Below are positions 40,701 through 51,200 of a stretch of 64,000 nt of DNA, in pieces. Origin of the DNA: Ylistrum balloti. Its lineage: Eukaryota. The notes under the pieces are model-generated. The model saw only the letters and a program-made list of their open reading frames with translations, did not search any database and had not been told where the DNA came from. How positions within the stretch are numbered: the stretch's first letter is position 1; each line of letters opens with the position of its first letter. The translations under genes were made by a program, and so were the position numbers. The stretch is taken from assembly GCF_031769215.1 (NCBI RefSeq), contig NW_026781970.1, positions 2,790,001 through 2,854,000 of the forward strand. The letters run 5' to 3'.

Positions 40701-43700
40701 CCAAAATAGATCACAATCACATGTAGCACAGTAAAGACAATGTGGCTGCATCAACAGAAGCATTGAACTTATGACGTCACAGGTTTGGGTGCCCGAAAAC
40801 GAGGTCAACGCCTCTCAGCCAAAGGTGTGTTTTTCAGAAAATTCGCAATTTCTCAGTAACGGAACATTCCACGGCATTCGCGTTTTCGGCATAGTGTATT
40901 TTATGTGCAGAACTATTTTTCAAGGTCAACATAGCTGACCTCTCAGGGTACACTTTAAGGGCGCCATTGCCTTTAATTATAATGATCCACTGAAAGACCA
41001 AAAGGTCATAATAGTGGACGTAAATGTTGTTAAAATAAATAAATTCAATTACCTGCGCACTGTGCCCTTTTTAGGTCATATACGGTAAGTTACACACAAG
41101 GGAAGAAATAAGTTCCACGTCGAACTTTTCAGTGAGTATCTTAGAGATAATATATATTAATATATATATATATATAATTAGTGAAATATCAGTGTATCAG
41201 AGAGATTGATCTATATATGCTGCCTGTATGAATATTGACCAGTCTATAATGATTTATTTGTTAATATTAATAGAGGTCTACATGACGAGCCATTTTGATA
41301 TGTTACGCATGCTACTTCATGGCATAAGCATGAAAAAATGTTGATTTGAGTTGATATGATTTCTTAAATTTTGCAAAGACCTCTCCATGATGTAATTTCC
41401 AAATTATTCTTGCCAAAACCTTGTTGAATTATACTTACGATACAACAAATTGAATTAAAGACCAACTTATTTTTGATCCCTTGTCAATTTCCAAAGTAGA
41501 GGGCTTTAATTTCACTATGTATCTCATATTCTTGTCAATAGAACACTGATGTTTGTTGCTGAAACAATACCTTATCATAGTATCAATTAGCAATGTATAT
41601 ATATATGTATGTGTTGATTGAAATATTTCAGGTTTTTGTTAAGGTTACTCTTTGGTATGTGCTAGCTACACTATGTTTATCTTAGGTGCCATATTCAACA
41701 AATTATATAGACCTGAGGAAAAAGGTCCTGTTCACAGTACTAGAGTAAAATTGCACTTTGAGATTTCATTGTACATTGTACTTGTTCAATGAAGACATTA
41801 CATTTTGTTTTTGTTTCCAGTTCAGAATTGAGTAAGGAGGAAAATAAAGAGATATATGGGAAATGTAACAACCCAAATGGACATGGACATAACTACACAG
41901 GTATTTGTTTTTTTATTGTAAGATAATCATAATACATATACTAAGAATGATGAGCATGGAACATTTAAGCTTGTCTTTATAGTCATTCCATGATTTTGTT
42001 GTTTTCAACTGCAATATGTTAGAAGCTTGTAACTTGGTTTAAACATTATGTTTTTGAGATATCTATTTTATGAATAGTGGTTAAATTTTCCCAGGGGAGA
42101 GCAAAACATTATTGTACAGAGATAAATCACCAAAAGTGTTTCTTTATTGTATATCAATATTACTTAGTAAAATCTTTTCAAACACGGTTTTGTTGTATTC
42201 CAGTGGAAGTTATTCTACGAGGCCCAGTAAGTATTGAAATTTTTAAATTGTATACCCTGGTACCTGTACTGTATTTTCAGTTAGATATGGAACACAGATA
42301 TCAAATCAAAGGTACCACTTCTGTTGGTACTTTTAAGCATTTTATGTTAAAAACCTGTCACATTAAATAGGTCTACATTTACAGCAGAAATTCATACATG
42401 AATCAAACACTGATATTTTGTTTCTTGGTATGTACGATGCTAAAATGTCACATGAGATCCCCACAATGGTATAATCCCTTAATCAGCTCAGGGGCAACAT
42501 GTCAGTTTTACTCGAAGTTGAACAATATTGAAATAGCATGTGGTAGATTTGTTTACTGAACTTGTTTGATATGACCCATTGTAGAACATGTAGTAGACCA
42601 TTGATTGAAAAGAATAAAAAATGAGTTAAAACATTTAAAAAAATTACTAATCACATGTTTTAATTGGTGTAAAAAATTGAAAAGCCAAATAATTGTTTAT
42701 GTTAAGTAGCCATCCTTAACTTCCATCTAACTTTTGAATTTTGAATGAAGGTACCTTGTTTTCTATACCTACATTGCAGATGACATTCCCCAGTGTGGGA
42801 TGCTACAGCATCCACACTCAACTCTAATTCACAAATATTATCAGGGAAGGCCTCATGATGAAAGTTATCTGTTTTGACTTTTGAGTTGTTAAGTTCAAAA
42901 ACAATTTTTACTTTGTAGGTAGATCCTGTCACAGGAATGGTGATGAATTTGACAGACCTGAAAAAATTCATGAATGTAAGTACTAATGTTTTTACTAAAG
43001 ATCATGTGTTTATGGGATAGTGTGTTACCCATCCATCCCAAAGTATCAAGAACTCCGATGTCATCACTTCACTGACATTATTTCTTTAAGCATTGTGATC
43101 AAAGGTGATCAAGGGTTCTGTCTCTCCTTAATTCCATTTTTTGTCTTGGTTGTGGTTAAATTTAAAGTCATGGATAGATAGAAACTTTCCAATTTAAGTT
43201 GAAGTATATTTTCTAGGTAGCTGTAGTGGATTTTGATACTGAAAGTTTTTAAAATGATTTTGAAAGGTTGTGTAGGGAAAAATCATAATGGACAATGAGC
43301 CCACTTAATAAATTTATTCATAAAGCATCTGGCTTTGACCTCTTAATGAACTTCAAGACAAGCATTTAAAAAAATTATTTTACCCCAAAAGTATATCAAA
43401 GGAAATTCTCCAGAACAACAAAGAGGAAAGAAGGGAAAAGATCTACTTTATAAAAGTGGTGGGAACCAAGAAAGCTCTAGGGTCTGTTGTTGGGTTGAGG
43501 AGTAACTAAGTTCCATATAATCCAGTAAATTCAGATTAACAAGAAGTTTCTGCTCTCGCAAAGATTTTATTGTATTATTTTTTTTTTTCATTTCAGATGG
43601 CGATCATGGATGTAATGGACCACAAAAATATTGATAAAGATGTACCCTACTTTAAAAATGTTGTCAGGTAATAGCTAAATTCAGTATACAAACATGTCTT

Positions 43701-46018
43701 GCAGATAAAAGCTTAATATTTGTAACTGCCGCCCCCATTTCATGATTGCAATATGCAACTGTATCATGGCTCTATTCTCTTCTTTGTAAACAAATATTTT
43801 CCTAATGTCTCCTCTAACTCTGTCTCACTTTTGGCCTTTAGTTGAGCGTTCCCCCAATGGAGGTATTTCTCCAAGCTGAGACATACCTGAGTCTATAGAC
43901 ATCCTAGTGATAACTCTCAGTGTTTAGTGTGATAGTACTATAACAAGGAGGCTTACACCAACTTTTTGCAGCTTTCCACAAACACTCACTCAACATATGC
44001 TATTAGCTTACATACATGTATACAGGAAAAGTCTATCCTTACTAAATATAACTGATCAAAGATCTGGGGCATACTTTTTTTGATTTGTCAGTCTGTCTGT
44101 TTTGATGTTTATGGGGTTTCATCGGATAACTTCACTTTAACTGCCCAATTAAGACCATGTTTGATATATTTCTTTCTATCAGTAATATCTGGGATGAGTT
44201 TGGTATTGTCAAAATCTGTCAAAACTTACCAAAGTTATGGGGATCAAAAAATCTTGAAATAGATCATTTCTTCTTTTCCATCAAATAATTTAAATTTTTA
44301 CTGTCTAATTTGAACGAAATTTGGTGTATTGCTTTGTATTAATAAGATCTCACTCACTCTGACTTTGGTCAAAATCTCAACATTTGACCAAATTATGGCA
44401 ATTTAAAACCCATAAATAGACCATTTCTTCTTTTCTGTCAAATAACTTTTATTTTTGTATTGCTTACATGCTCCCCGAACTGAGAGCATACAGTTGCTGC
44501 TTTGTCCACCCGTGCATCTGTCATAATTTTGTCTGAAGCAAAAAGGTATCAACATAAAACTATAAGACTTCATAGGTAGATAGATCAAAGGAAGGAAAAA
44601 TGCAATGCACAAGAACCATAACTCTCTTTTGCATAATTTTGGAGTTGTTGCCCATTGTTTTTTTTTCATACTTAAATTTTGTCCCAGTTGAGCTGCATAA
44701 CTGTCTCAGATGGCCCTTGTATAAGTGAAATCTCAGATGATATCAATATCGTTCAAGATCTATCTGTAGTTGCCAGAACTATGGGATTTTAATGATGAAA
44801 ATAAGAGAGATTGTGTAAAAATAATGTTAACAAGACCCACTTTGTTTGAAAGACTGAAACATCTGCTTTATTGGTATTTTTTTCCCCTTAATTTGTTGAA
44901 TATGGCCCAAAGTTGCCATTGCAATCAGTATCTTATACCCTTGTGGAAATGCTTTCTCATATAACATATGCATTCCTAATGACCTTTCACTGTTTTTCAC
45001 GACATTTGTTGACCTACACATTTGATGTACCAGGTATTACAAAAATGCCTTTCAGTTGAATGTTCAAATCCTCATATTTGCTAAGCCTTCATGAATCGCT
45101 TACCCACAATGCAAAGTGTTTCTCAAACATATCAAAAATCTGTTTCAAAATATAAAATGTTTTTATATTTTTTTGTATAAGTATGCAAATAACTAAACAG
45201 TGAAACAGATACACCATAATTAAACTCAAAACATGCTACAAGTAATTAACAATGAAAAACGCAGATTGCTTGAAGTACAACAGATTTCTCCTTGCAATGT
45301 ATACTTGGCCAGACATCAATAATAAACAGAATTTATAGTCATGATTGGCTAATTGAAAATGTACGATGTGTTATTGATTATTAAGTTTATCGTTCCATAT
45401 TCTATTGATATAATCCATGATTAAGCAAAAGTATGTGTTACATTTATAATTACATGTTATTATAGTATGGCCTGTATCGCAATATGATTTGTATGTATAT
45501 TATAATACACCACCTAATATGGACTGTCTTTAACCACACTAAAAGGAAATACGATTTATATGAGTACATGTATAAATAACATCCATCACATAAAATCTTA
45601 TTTTAAAACCATCAATGAATATTAAAAATATAGAAAAGATCCTGTAGAAAGTTACCTGTTCAGTAGAATAGAAATTCTTATACCAAATGCAGTAGGGCAT
45701 ACTTCTATTTCATTAGCATTACAAACCTGAGGAAAATATTCTGAAATATCTGGTCAGTACTTTTATAGTTTGTCATCACACTCAGTAAGTTCTATCTTGG
45801 TGTTAATCACATCTGTATCATGAGTATCTGCAGGACATTTTTCAGTAAACTAAATGTTCAACCTGATAAAGCGTCTTTTACTTTACAGCACAGCAGAAAA
45901 TATAGCAGTATTCATTTGGAGAAGTCTGTCCGAGCATCTGGATCCAGGGCTTTTATATGAAGTCAAAGTTTATGAAACTGGAAAGAATGTTGCATTTTAT
46001 AGAGGAGAATATGTGTAA
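37703..46018 (+). CDS. PTS: 6-pyruvoyl tetrahydrobiopterin synthase, complete, 6 exons, 147 aa
   Basis: Exons 37703-37785, 41821-41900, 42204-42226, 42919-42975, 43597-43667, 45889-46018 (444 nt). [70 protein letters not shown]. Intron 1 donor is AG|GCAAGT. Confidence 0.95.
39386..39424. repeat. Short hairpin element with AT-microsatellite core
   Basis: GGGACGTATAATA-13 nt-TATTATACGTCCC perfect 13-bp inverted repeat; one arm (CAGGGACGTATAA) also near 9948-9960. Confidence 0.7.
39724..40954. mobile_element. Non-autonomous Kolobok-type DNA transposon (1231 bp) in PTS intron 1
   Basis: TTAA on both sides (39720-39723, 40955-40958); 15-bp TIR AGTGTAC(G/C)CTGAGAG with AG...CT termini; perfect 18-bp subterminal inverted repeat GTGACGTCATAAGTTCAA (39917-39934 / 40763-40780); internal KolX-like ORF fragment. 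Confidence 0.75.
39940..40149 (+). pseudogene. N-terminal fragment of a KolX / P2X7-C-terminal-like (nanor-like) transposon accessory protein
   Basis: Acidic MAVNMTDSD...[10 protein letters not shown]...DDRLGNIDW; the QPYxFE and RLGNxxW motifs normally precede the CxCxxC cluster of this family, which is absent here. Confidence 0.55.
44080..44790. repeat. Decayed Helentron-like repeat fragments in PTS intron 5
   Basis: GTCAGTCTGTCTG and GTCCACCCGTGCATCTGTC microsatellite-like words followed by ATAACT/GGAGTTGTTGCCC words typical of mollusc HINE internal repeats; ends not resolved. Confidence 0.35.
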
Positions 46019-46573
46019 CAAGTTCTTTAGAGAAAGTTAGAAAAAAAAAGAAGATATGCTAGAAATATCAAAAAGAACTGTCACATGGGTGAGATTTACT
46101 GGCAAGAGATTTATACGTTTTATTCATTGATGTCTTTGTTAACATTATGCTATTTTTTGCTTATCTGATTATCTGGTTTTGAATATTTTCCAATCTCATC
46201 AAAAGAGTCTCTTTAATTTTAGTTAGCTTTATGATATATAGATTTATTTTGACATTTTATATTGAATGTTCTAAATTTATGAATTATTTGAAGATGATAT
46301 TTTTTGCATCCTATTACATTCCTCTAGATAATGATATTGATTAGGTCTAAATATTTATCATTTGTATGATTACCAATTTATTTATTGGATGCATGTCGGT
46401 CCCTTCAATAAAACTTGCTATAATCCAAACATCACAAGGAGAACTATTATACATGGATGTTTTTTTCCATTCAAAGCTGTTTTTTCTTTCCATAGATACT
46501 GTTGGAGTTATTTGTGACCAATGATTGTACAATGTCATATTCAAGTTATGATCTGGGTTTGTCAGAAATTATT

Positions 46574-46823
46574 GTGATATTAGCTGGAACATGATATTTT
46601 GAGATGTTCCCATTAATATAACTTGATGTTTGTGGAAAGTTGATGTGATATGAATTGGAACATCACAATTTGAGATGTTTCCCTTAATATCAATTATTAT
46701 TTGTCAAAAGTTGACTTGATATTAAGTGGAACATGACATTTTGAGACTTTCCCCTTAATATATCTTATTGTTGGTCTGAAGGTTATGTGATATTCACTTA
46801 ACATGGCATTTTGAGATGTTGGG
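46574..46823. repeat. Minisatellite, 71-bp period, about 3.5 diverged copies
   Basis: (G/T)TGATAT...AACAT(G/C)A-A-TTTGAGA-(G/T)TT(C/T)CC-TTAATAT units start at 46574, 46645, 46716, 46787. Confidence 0.8.
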
Positions 46824-47231
46824 TACGTGAGGACTTCTTTATCTTAAATCAGTATTTTATGATAGCACGTATGATAATAGAAAAATATGTTCTAAAAAGT
46901 ATTTAGTTGCATACCGTCTTAAAAATGTTAAATATTGATTCTTCTATAGGTAATGATATTGATCGTGTTTTATCAGCATTTCTTGTGATCATTAAATGCT
47001 TGTCTCTGTATACTGGTACTCAGATCTATGTAGCCATGGATAGAGATCTTGTTTTAGTTAACTTATATATTTTGGTTTTTGGTTTTTCTCTAGCTTGTTG
47101 TGTGTATAACATTTCAGTTTTTGTTAGGAATAAAGAAATATTCTCTGATTGTTTGTTGTTTGTATTATATTTATTTTTAAAGCTGTAAAGCATCATGGAA
47201 ATAATGATAAATTTTGTATCTCTGCATACAT

Positions 47232-47419
47232 GTAACTAAAGGGTAATATTCAAGTGCAACAAGTCCAAGTATATTTATTACAATCTGTCTACCAGTTTCG
47301 CCCGCACATGTGGGCCTGAAGAAGCCCACATGTTCGGGCGAAACTGGTAGACAGATTGTAATAAATATGCTCTTCTGGTACCCTGGACTTGTTGCGATTG
47401 AATATTACCCTTTAGTTAC
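47232..47419. mobile_element. 188-bp fold-back (inverted duplication) of a Penelope-like pseudo-LTR with hammerhead core in the loop
   Basis: Left arm 47232-47315, loop CTGAAGAA 47316-47323, right arm 47324-47419; arms differ by a 12-nt indel and about 4 substitutions; AATAAA downstream of the ribozyme in each arm. Confidence 0.85.
47313..47352 (+). ncRNA. Minimal type-I hammerhead ribozyme (Penelope-type variant) with intact core
   Basis: CUGAAGA (47316-47322), extra A, stem II GCCC-ACAUGUUC-GGGC, GAAAC (47340-47344), self-complementary ACUGGU stem III, GUA site (cleavage predicted after 47349); stem I 5' strand is altered (GGC instead of GUC) by the inversion. Confidence 0.65.
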
Positions 47420-47569
47420 CACTATCTCTCAATCGCCCTGCATACCTGGAGGTATATCCAAGCTAGGGACCACGGAACCTACAAACACTACGAAAAGAAC
47501 AGCGTTGGCTCTATACCCCTACGGATCAGCATACATCTTGTATTTGCCATATCAGTATAAAAATTATTT

Positions 47570-47607
47570 GTGACATTTCACTAACTACTCTGTCACCTTC
47601 ATCAGAC
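47570..47607 (-). ncRNA. Decayed hammerhead ribozyme motif of a second Penelope-like family
   Basis: 5'-GU CUGAUGA A GGUGAC-AGAGUA-GUUAGU GAAAU GUC AC-3'; stem II 5/6 pairs with wobbles; GAAAUGUC is the CpG-decayed form of GAAACGUC. Confidence 0.5.
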
Positions 47608-47641
47608 TGTGTTAAGTGTATTATCACTATGATAAAGAAGG

Positions 47642-47799
47642 TGCTTTGCTTAGACGTTTCAGCGATAGACTAAACAACACGTTTCTTCTCAGCTCCATGT
47701 TTTTTTTTATTTCCAGAACGAGGCTGTCCTATAACCAATACAGGAGAGGATCTAAGAGAGATAACTCTTATGAGATTACAACTACTATAGATCATTACA
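47642..47799 (-). repeat. 3' LTR of the Gypsy element
   Basis: Identical to 52455-52612 except T47771 versus C52584. Confidence 0.95.
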
Positions 47800-47800
47800 A

Positions 47801-47810
47801 CTCCCCTTTT
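47801..47810 (-). promoter_or_regulatory. Polypurine tract
   Basis: AAAAGGGGAG one base before the 3' LTR TG. Confidence 0.85.
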
Positions 47811-48235
47811 GAAAATAGGTATTTTATCTTTAAAAGTTCAATTGTCATTGGAGGGAGCATATGATATATATGTAACTTGTATTTTGTGGTTAATTGACCA
47901 TACTGAAACAAAATAGCTCGAAATTAAACTGCATGTTGATACATGTCTGAAACTTAATATTTCTTTGTTGTTTATAATATTGTCACAGTTTCTAAGTAAT
48001 AGTGTATATCCAACCCTCTTGATTGAGAATTATATGTGGAACACAAGCAACAAATAAAATGTGATAATTTTGCAATTATGAGTGACCAAATTCACCAGAA
48101 GATAATGGACCAAAAATAGTTTTGATTTTGAACTCTTTACTGATGAATTTTATCAAGCATAACTACCAGGATCAGGATAGACTGTCCTGCCTGAGACCTA
48201 ACATTAAAAAGGGGATTATTCTGCCCCTGTGCACT

Positions 48236-51200
48236 TCACATCTCATAATCTTTGAATCGTGCTGGCAGTTTCACACTTCTGCCGTATTTTGTCTTCATAC
48301 TCGGAGAGTTTCCGGTGGGCATTGCTAGTGCTGTCGCCTTATGCGTTGGCGTGTCACTAGGTTTCGTAGTTGATTCTTGCTCCATGAAATCAGGAATGTC
48401 CTCTGTGTTTCTCCTGAATGTTTCCTCTCGTGACTGAATGATGTCTCGACGATTTCGACGAAACTTCTCACCATCAGGTGTCACTACTGTGTAGGACCTC
48501 GGGTATTCAGAGTGATTATAAATGTTTCCTGGAGTCCATTGTCCTCTGTGTTTAAAACGAATCTTATCTCCGTCATTTAATTCCGACAGGCGTTTGGCTC
48601 CAATATCAAAATATTTTTTCTGCTTTTGCTGCGATTTCTGTCTGGTTTTCTGAACGTGTTCTGAAGACACTACACGTGGTTGAAGTTTAAGTTGGGTAAC
48701 TGGTAGCACAGATCTAAGCTCTCTGCTCATGAGTAGTTGTGCTGGTGATTCTGTATCCGTAGGCGAGTTCCTGTACTCGAGTAGAGCAAGATACGGATCT
48801 TGCCCATTAGCGTTGGTTTTCTCAAGGATGCGTTTCATGGTTTGTACAGATTTCTCTGCTAAGCCGTTCGCTTGAGCAAAATAGGGACTTGATGTTGTGT
48901 GTTTAAACTTCCACTTTGTCGCAAATGTTTTGAATTCGGATGAGGAATATTGTGGACCATTGTCGCTCCTCACTTCAAACGGTATTCCATGTCGTGCAAA
49001 GATAGATTTCAGGTGTGTTATTACTGTTACACTTTTAGTGTTCTCCAACTTTGCTACCTCAAAGTATCGGGAATAGTAATCAGTGACTATCAGGAAGTCT
49101 GACTGGTTCCATGAGAATAAGTCGGTTCCCACAACTTGCCACGGTCCACTTGGTACAGGTGTTGGCTTCAAAGGTTCTTTCTGATTGTTGTTCCTCATAT
49201 CCATACAGGTACTACACCTTGATATCATGTCAGCAATATCAGTGTTCATGCCATGCCAATAAACAATACTTCTGGCTCTGAGTTTGGTTTTTTCTATACC
49301 AAAGTGACCTACATGAAGATCTGACAGTATTTCATCTTGGAGACTTTCCGGAATTACTATCCTTTCTCCTTTGAGCACTATGCCTTCGTTGATAGTTAGT
49401 TCATTTCTAAGTTTCCAAAACTCTTGTAGGTTTTTTGTTAGAACATTTTTATTTTCTGGCCAGCCATTCTCTATCAATGCCTTAACTTGACTGAGTTGTT
49501 CATCCTCGTCTGTTCGAGTGCGAATTTGATCCATTTTATTGACAGAGACAGGTAGACTGTTCAAAACAGTGTGTACATGACAATTGAGTTCTTCATCCAT
49601 GTTCCCATCCTTGTTGGGAAGATATGCACGAGAAAGTGTGTCCGCTACTACTAATTCCTTGCCTGGCCTGTAGATTAGAGTGAAATCATAGCGTTGTAGA
49701 CGTAGAAGCATTCTCTGTAACCTAGGTGGCGCTTGAGATAGGGGTTTCTTTAGTATGGCTTCCAACGGCTTGTGATCACTTTCTACAGTTAGTGCCTGCG
49801 ATCCACAGGTGTAGTTGTTGAAGCGTTCTAAAGCAAAGGTAACTGCAAGAAGTTCCTTCTCTATTTGTGCATATCTTGACTCTGTGTCAGTCATTGCTCT
49901 AGAGGCAAATGCTATGGGCTTATTCCTCTGTAGAATTACAGCACCTAATCCGGATTTTGATGCATCTGCACTTACGGTGGTTGGTAATCTTGGGTCATAA
50001 AATGCTAGTACTGGCTCTTTTGACAATATGCCTAGTATTTGCTTGAAAGCGTCATCCTGACTTTTGTTCCACTGAAATGCGACATCCTTTCTGAGCAACT
50101 CTCGAATCGGCTGTGTGATGGTTGACATGTTTGGTATGAACTTGGCTAAGTAATTGACAGTTCCAAGTAGTCTCTCTACTCCTTTTTTGTCAACTGGTCG
50201 GGGCATCTCAGTAATTGCACTCAGTTTTTCTGGATCTGGTTTTACACCAGCGGCAGACAGTCTGTGACCTATATATGTGACCTCATTTTCGCTGAACCTG
50301 CATTTGTCCTTGTTCAAGGTGAGATTTATCTGTTCGCAACTACGCAACACACGATCGAGACGAGCATCGTGCTCCGCGTTATCCTTTCCAAACACAAGTA
50401 TGTCGTCTATGTCCACTTCGACACCTTCAATGTCATCGAAATGTTGTGCTATACGCTTCTGAAAAACTTCTTGCGCACTCTTTATGCCAAACGGCATGCG
50501 TAGGTAACAGTACCTGCCGAAAGGTGTATTAAAGGTTGTCAAGAGTTGGCTAGGCTCATCTAGAGGGATTTGCCAATAACCACTGTTGGCATCGAGCTTA
50601 GTAAAGATTTTAGCACCTGACATTCGCGTTGTGATATCTTCAATTGTTGGTAACTCAAAATGTTCACGCTTTATGGCCTTGTTCAAATTCCTCGGGTCGA
50701 GGCACACTCTTAACTTGCCTGACTTGGGCTTTTCCACTAGCACTATGGAGCTGACCCAGTCAGTGGGTTCATCAACTTTTCTCACGACACCATTTTTCTC
50801 CATTTCGTTGAGTGTGATTTTTAATTTGTCGCGTAGATTTGCAGGGATTTTACGTGGTGGGTTTACAACCGGTGTTACACTTTTGTCAACTTTGATGGTG
50901 TATGGCTCCTTAAGGCAACCTAATCCTTTAAATATTTCCAGAAACTTGCTAGTAGGGTCCTGTTTATCCACTGACGGCTCAGTAACCTTTTCAGTCATCA
51001 TGACCACTTTTACTAGCCCAAGGTCTTGACATGATTTGAATCCAAGTAATGGGACTGTGTCTTCCCTTGCGACGTAGAATTCAACGTTTTCATTTAGGCA
51101 TTGGAGCCTACACTTCCCCTTTATGGGTATTTTGTTGCCAGTGTAGCTCGATAGTCGCGTTGCCGTGTCCGATAATTTGATTTTTGGTTCTACATTTAGA

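Noticed and set aside
47232-47419. Interpretation as a Tc1/mariner MITE (TA at both ends)
   Set aside because: The sister copy at 36182-36285 is single-armed, extends past the loop into non-palindromic sequence that completes a ribozyme stem, and AATAAA follows the core; not fully excluded without a genome search.
47642-47700. GAAACGTC plus CTGAG on the minus strand of the Gypsy LTR as a hammerhead
   Set aside because: Core reads CUGAGAA rather than CUGANGA and no stem I or II can be formed.
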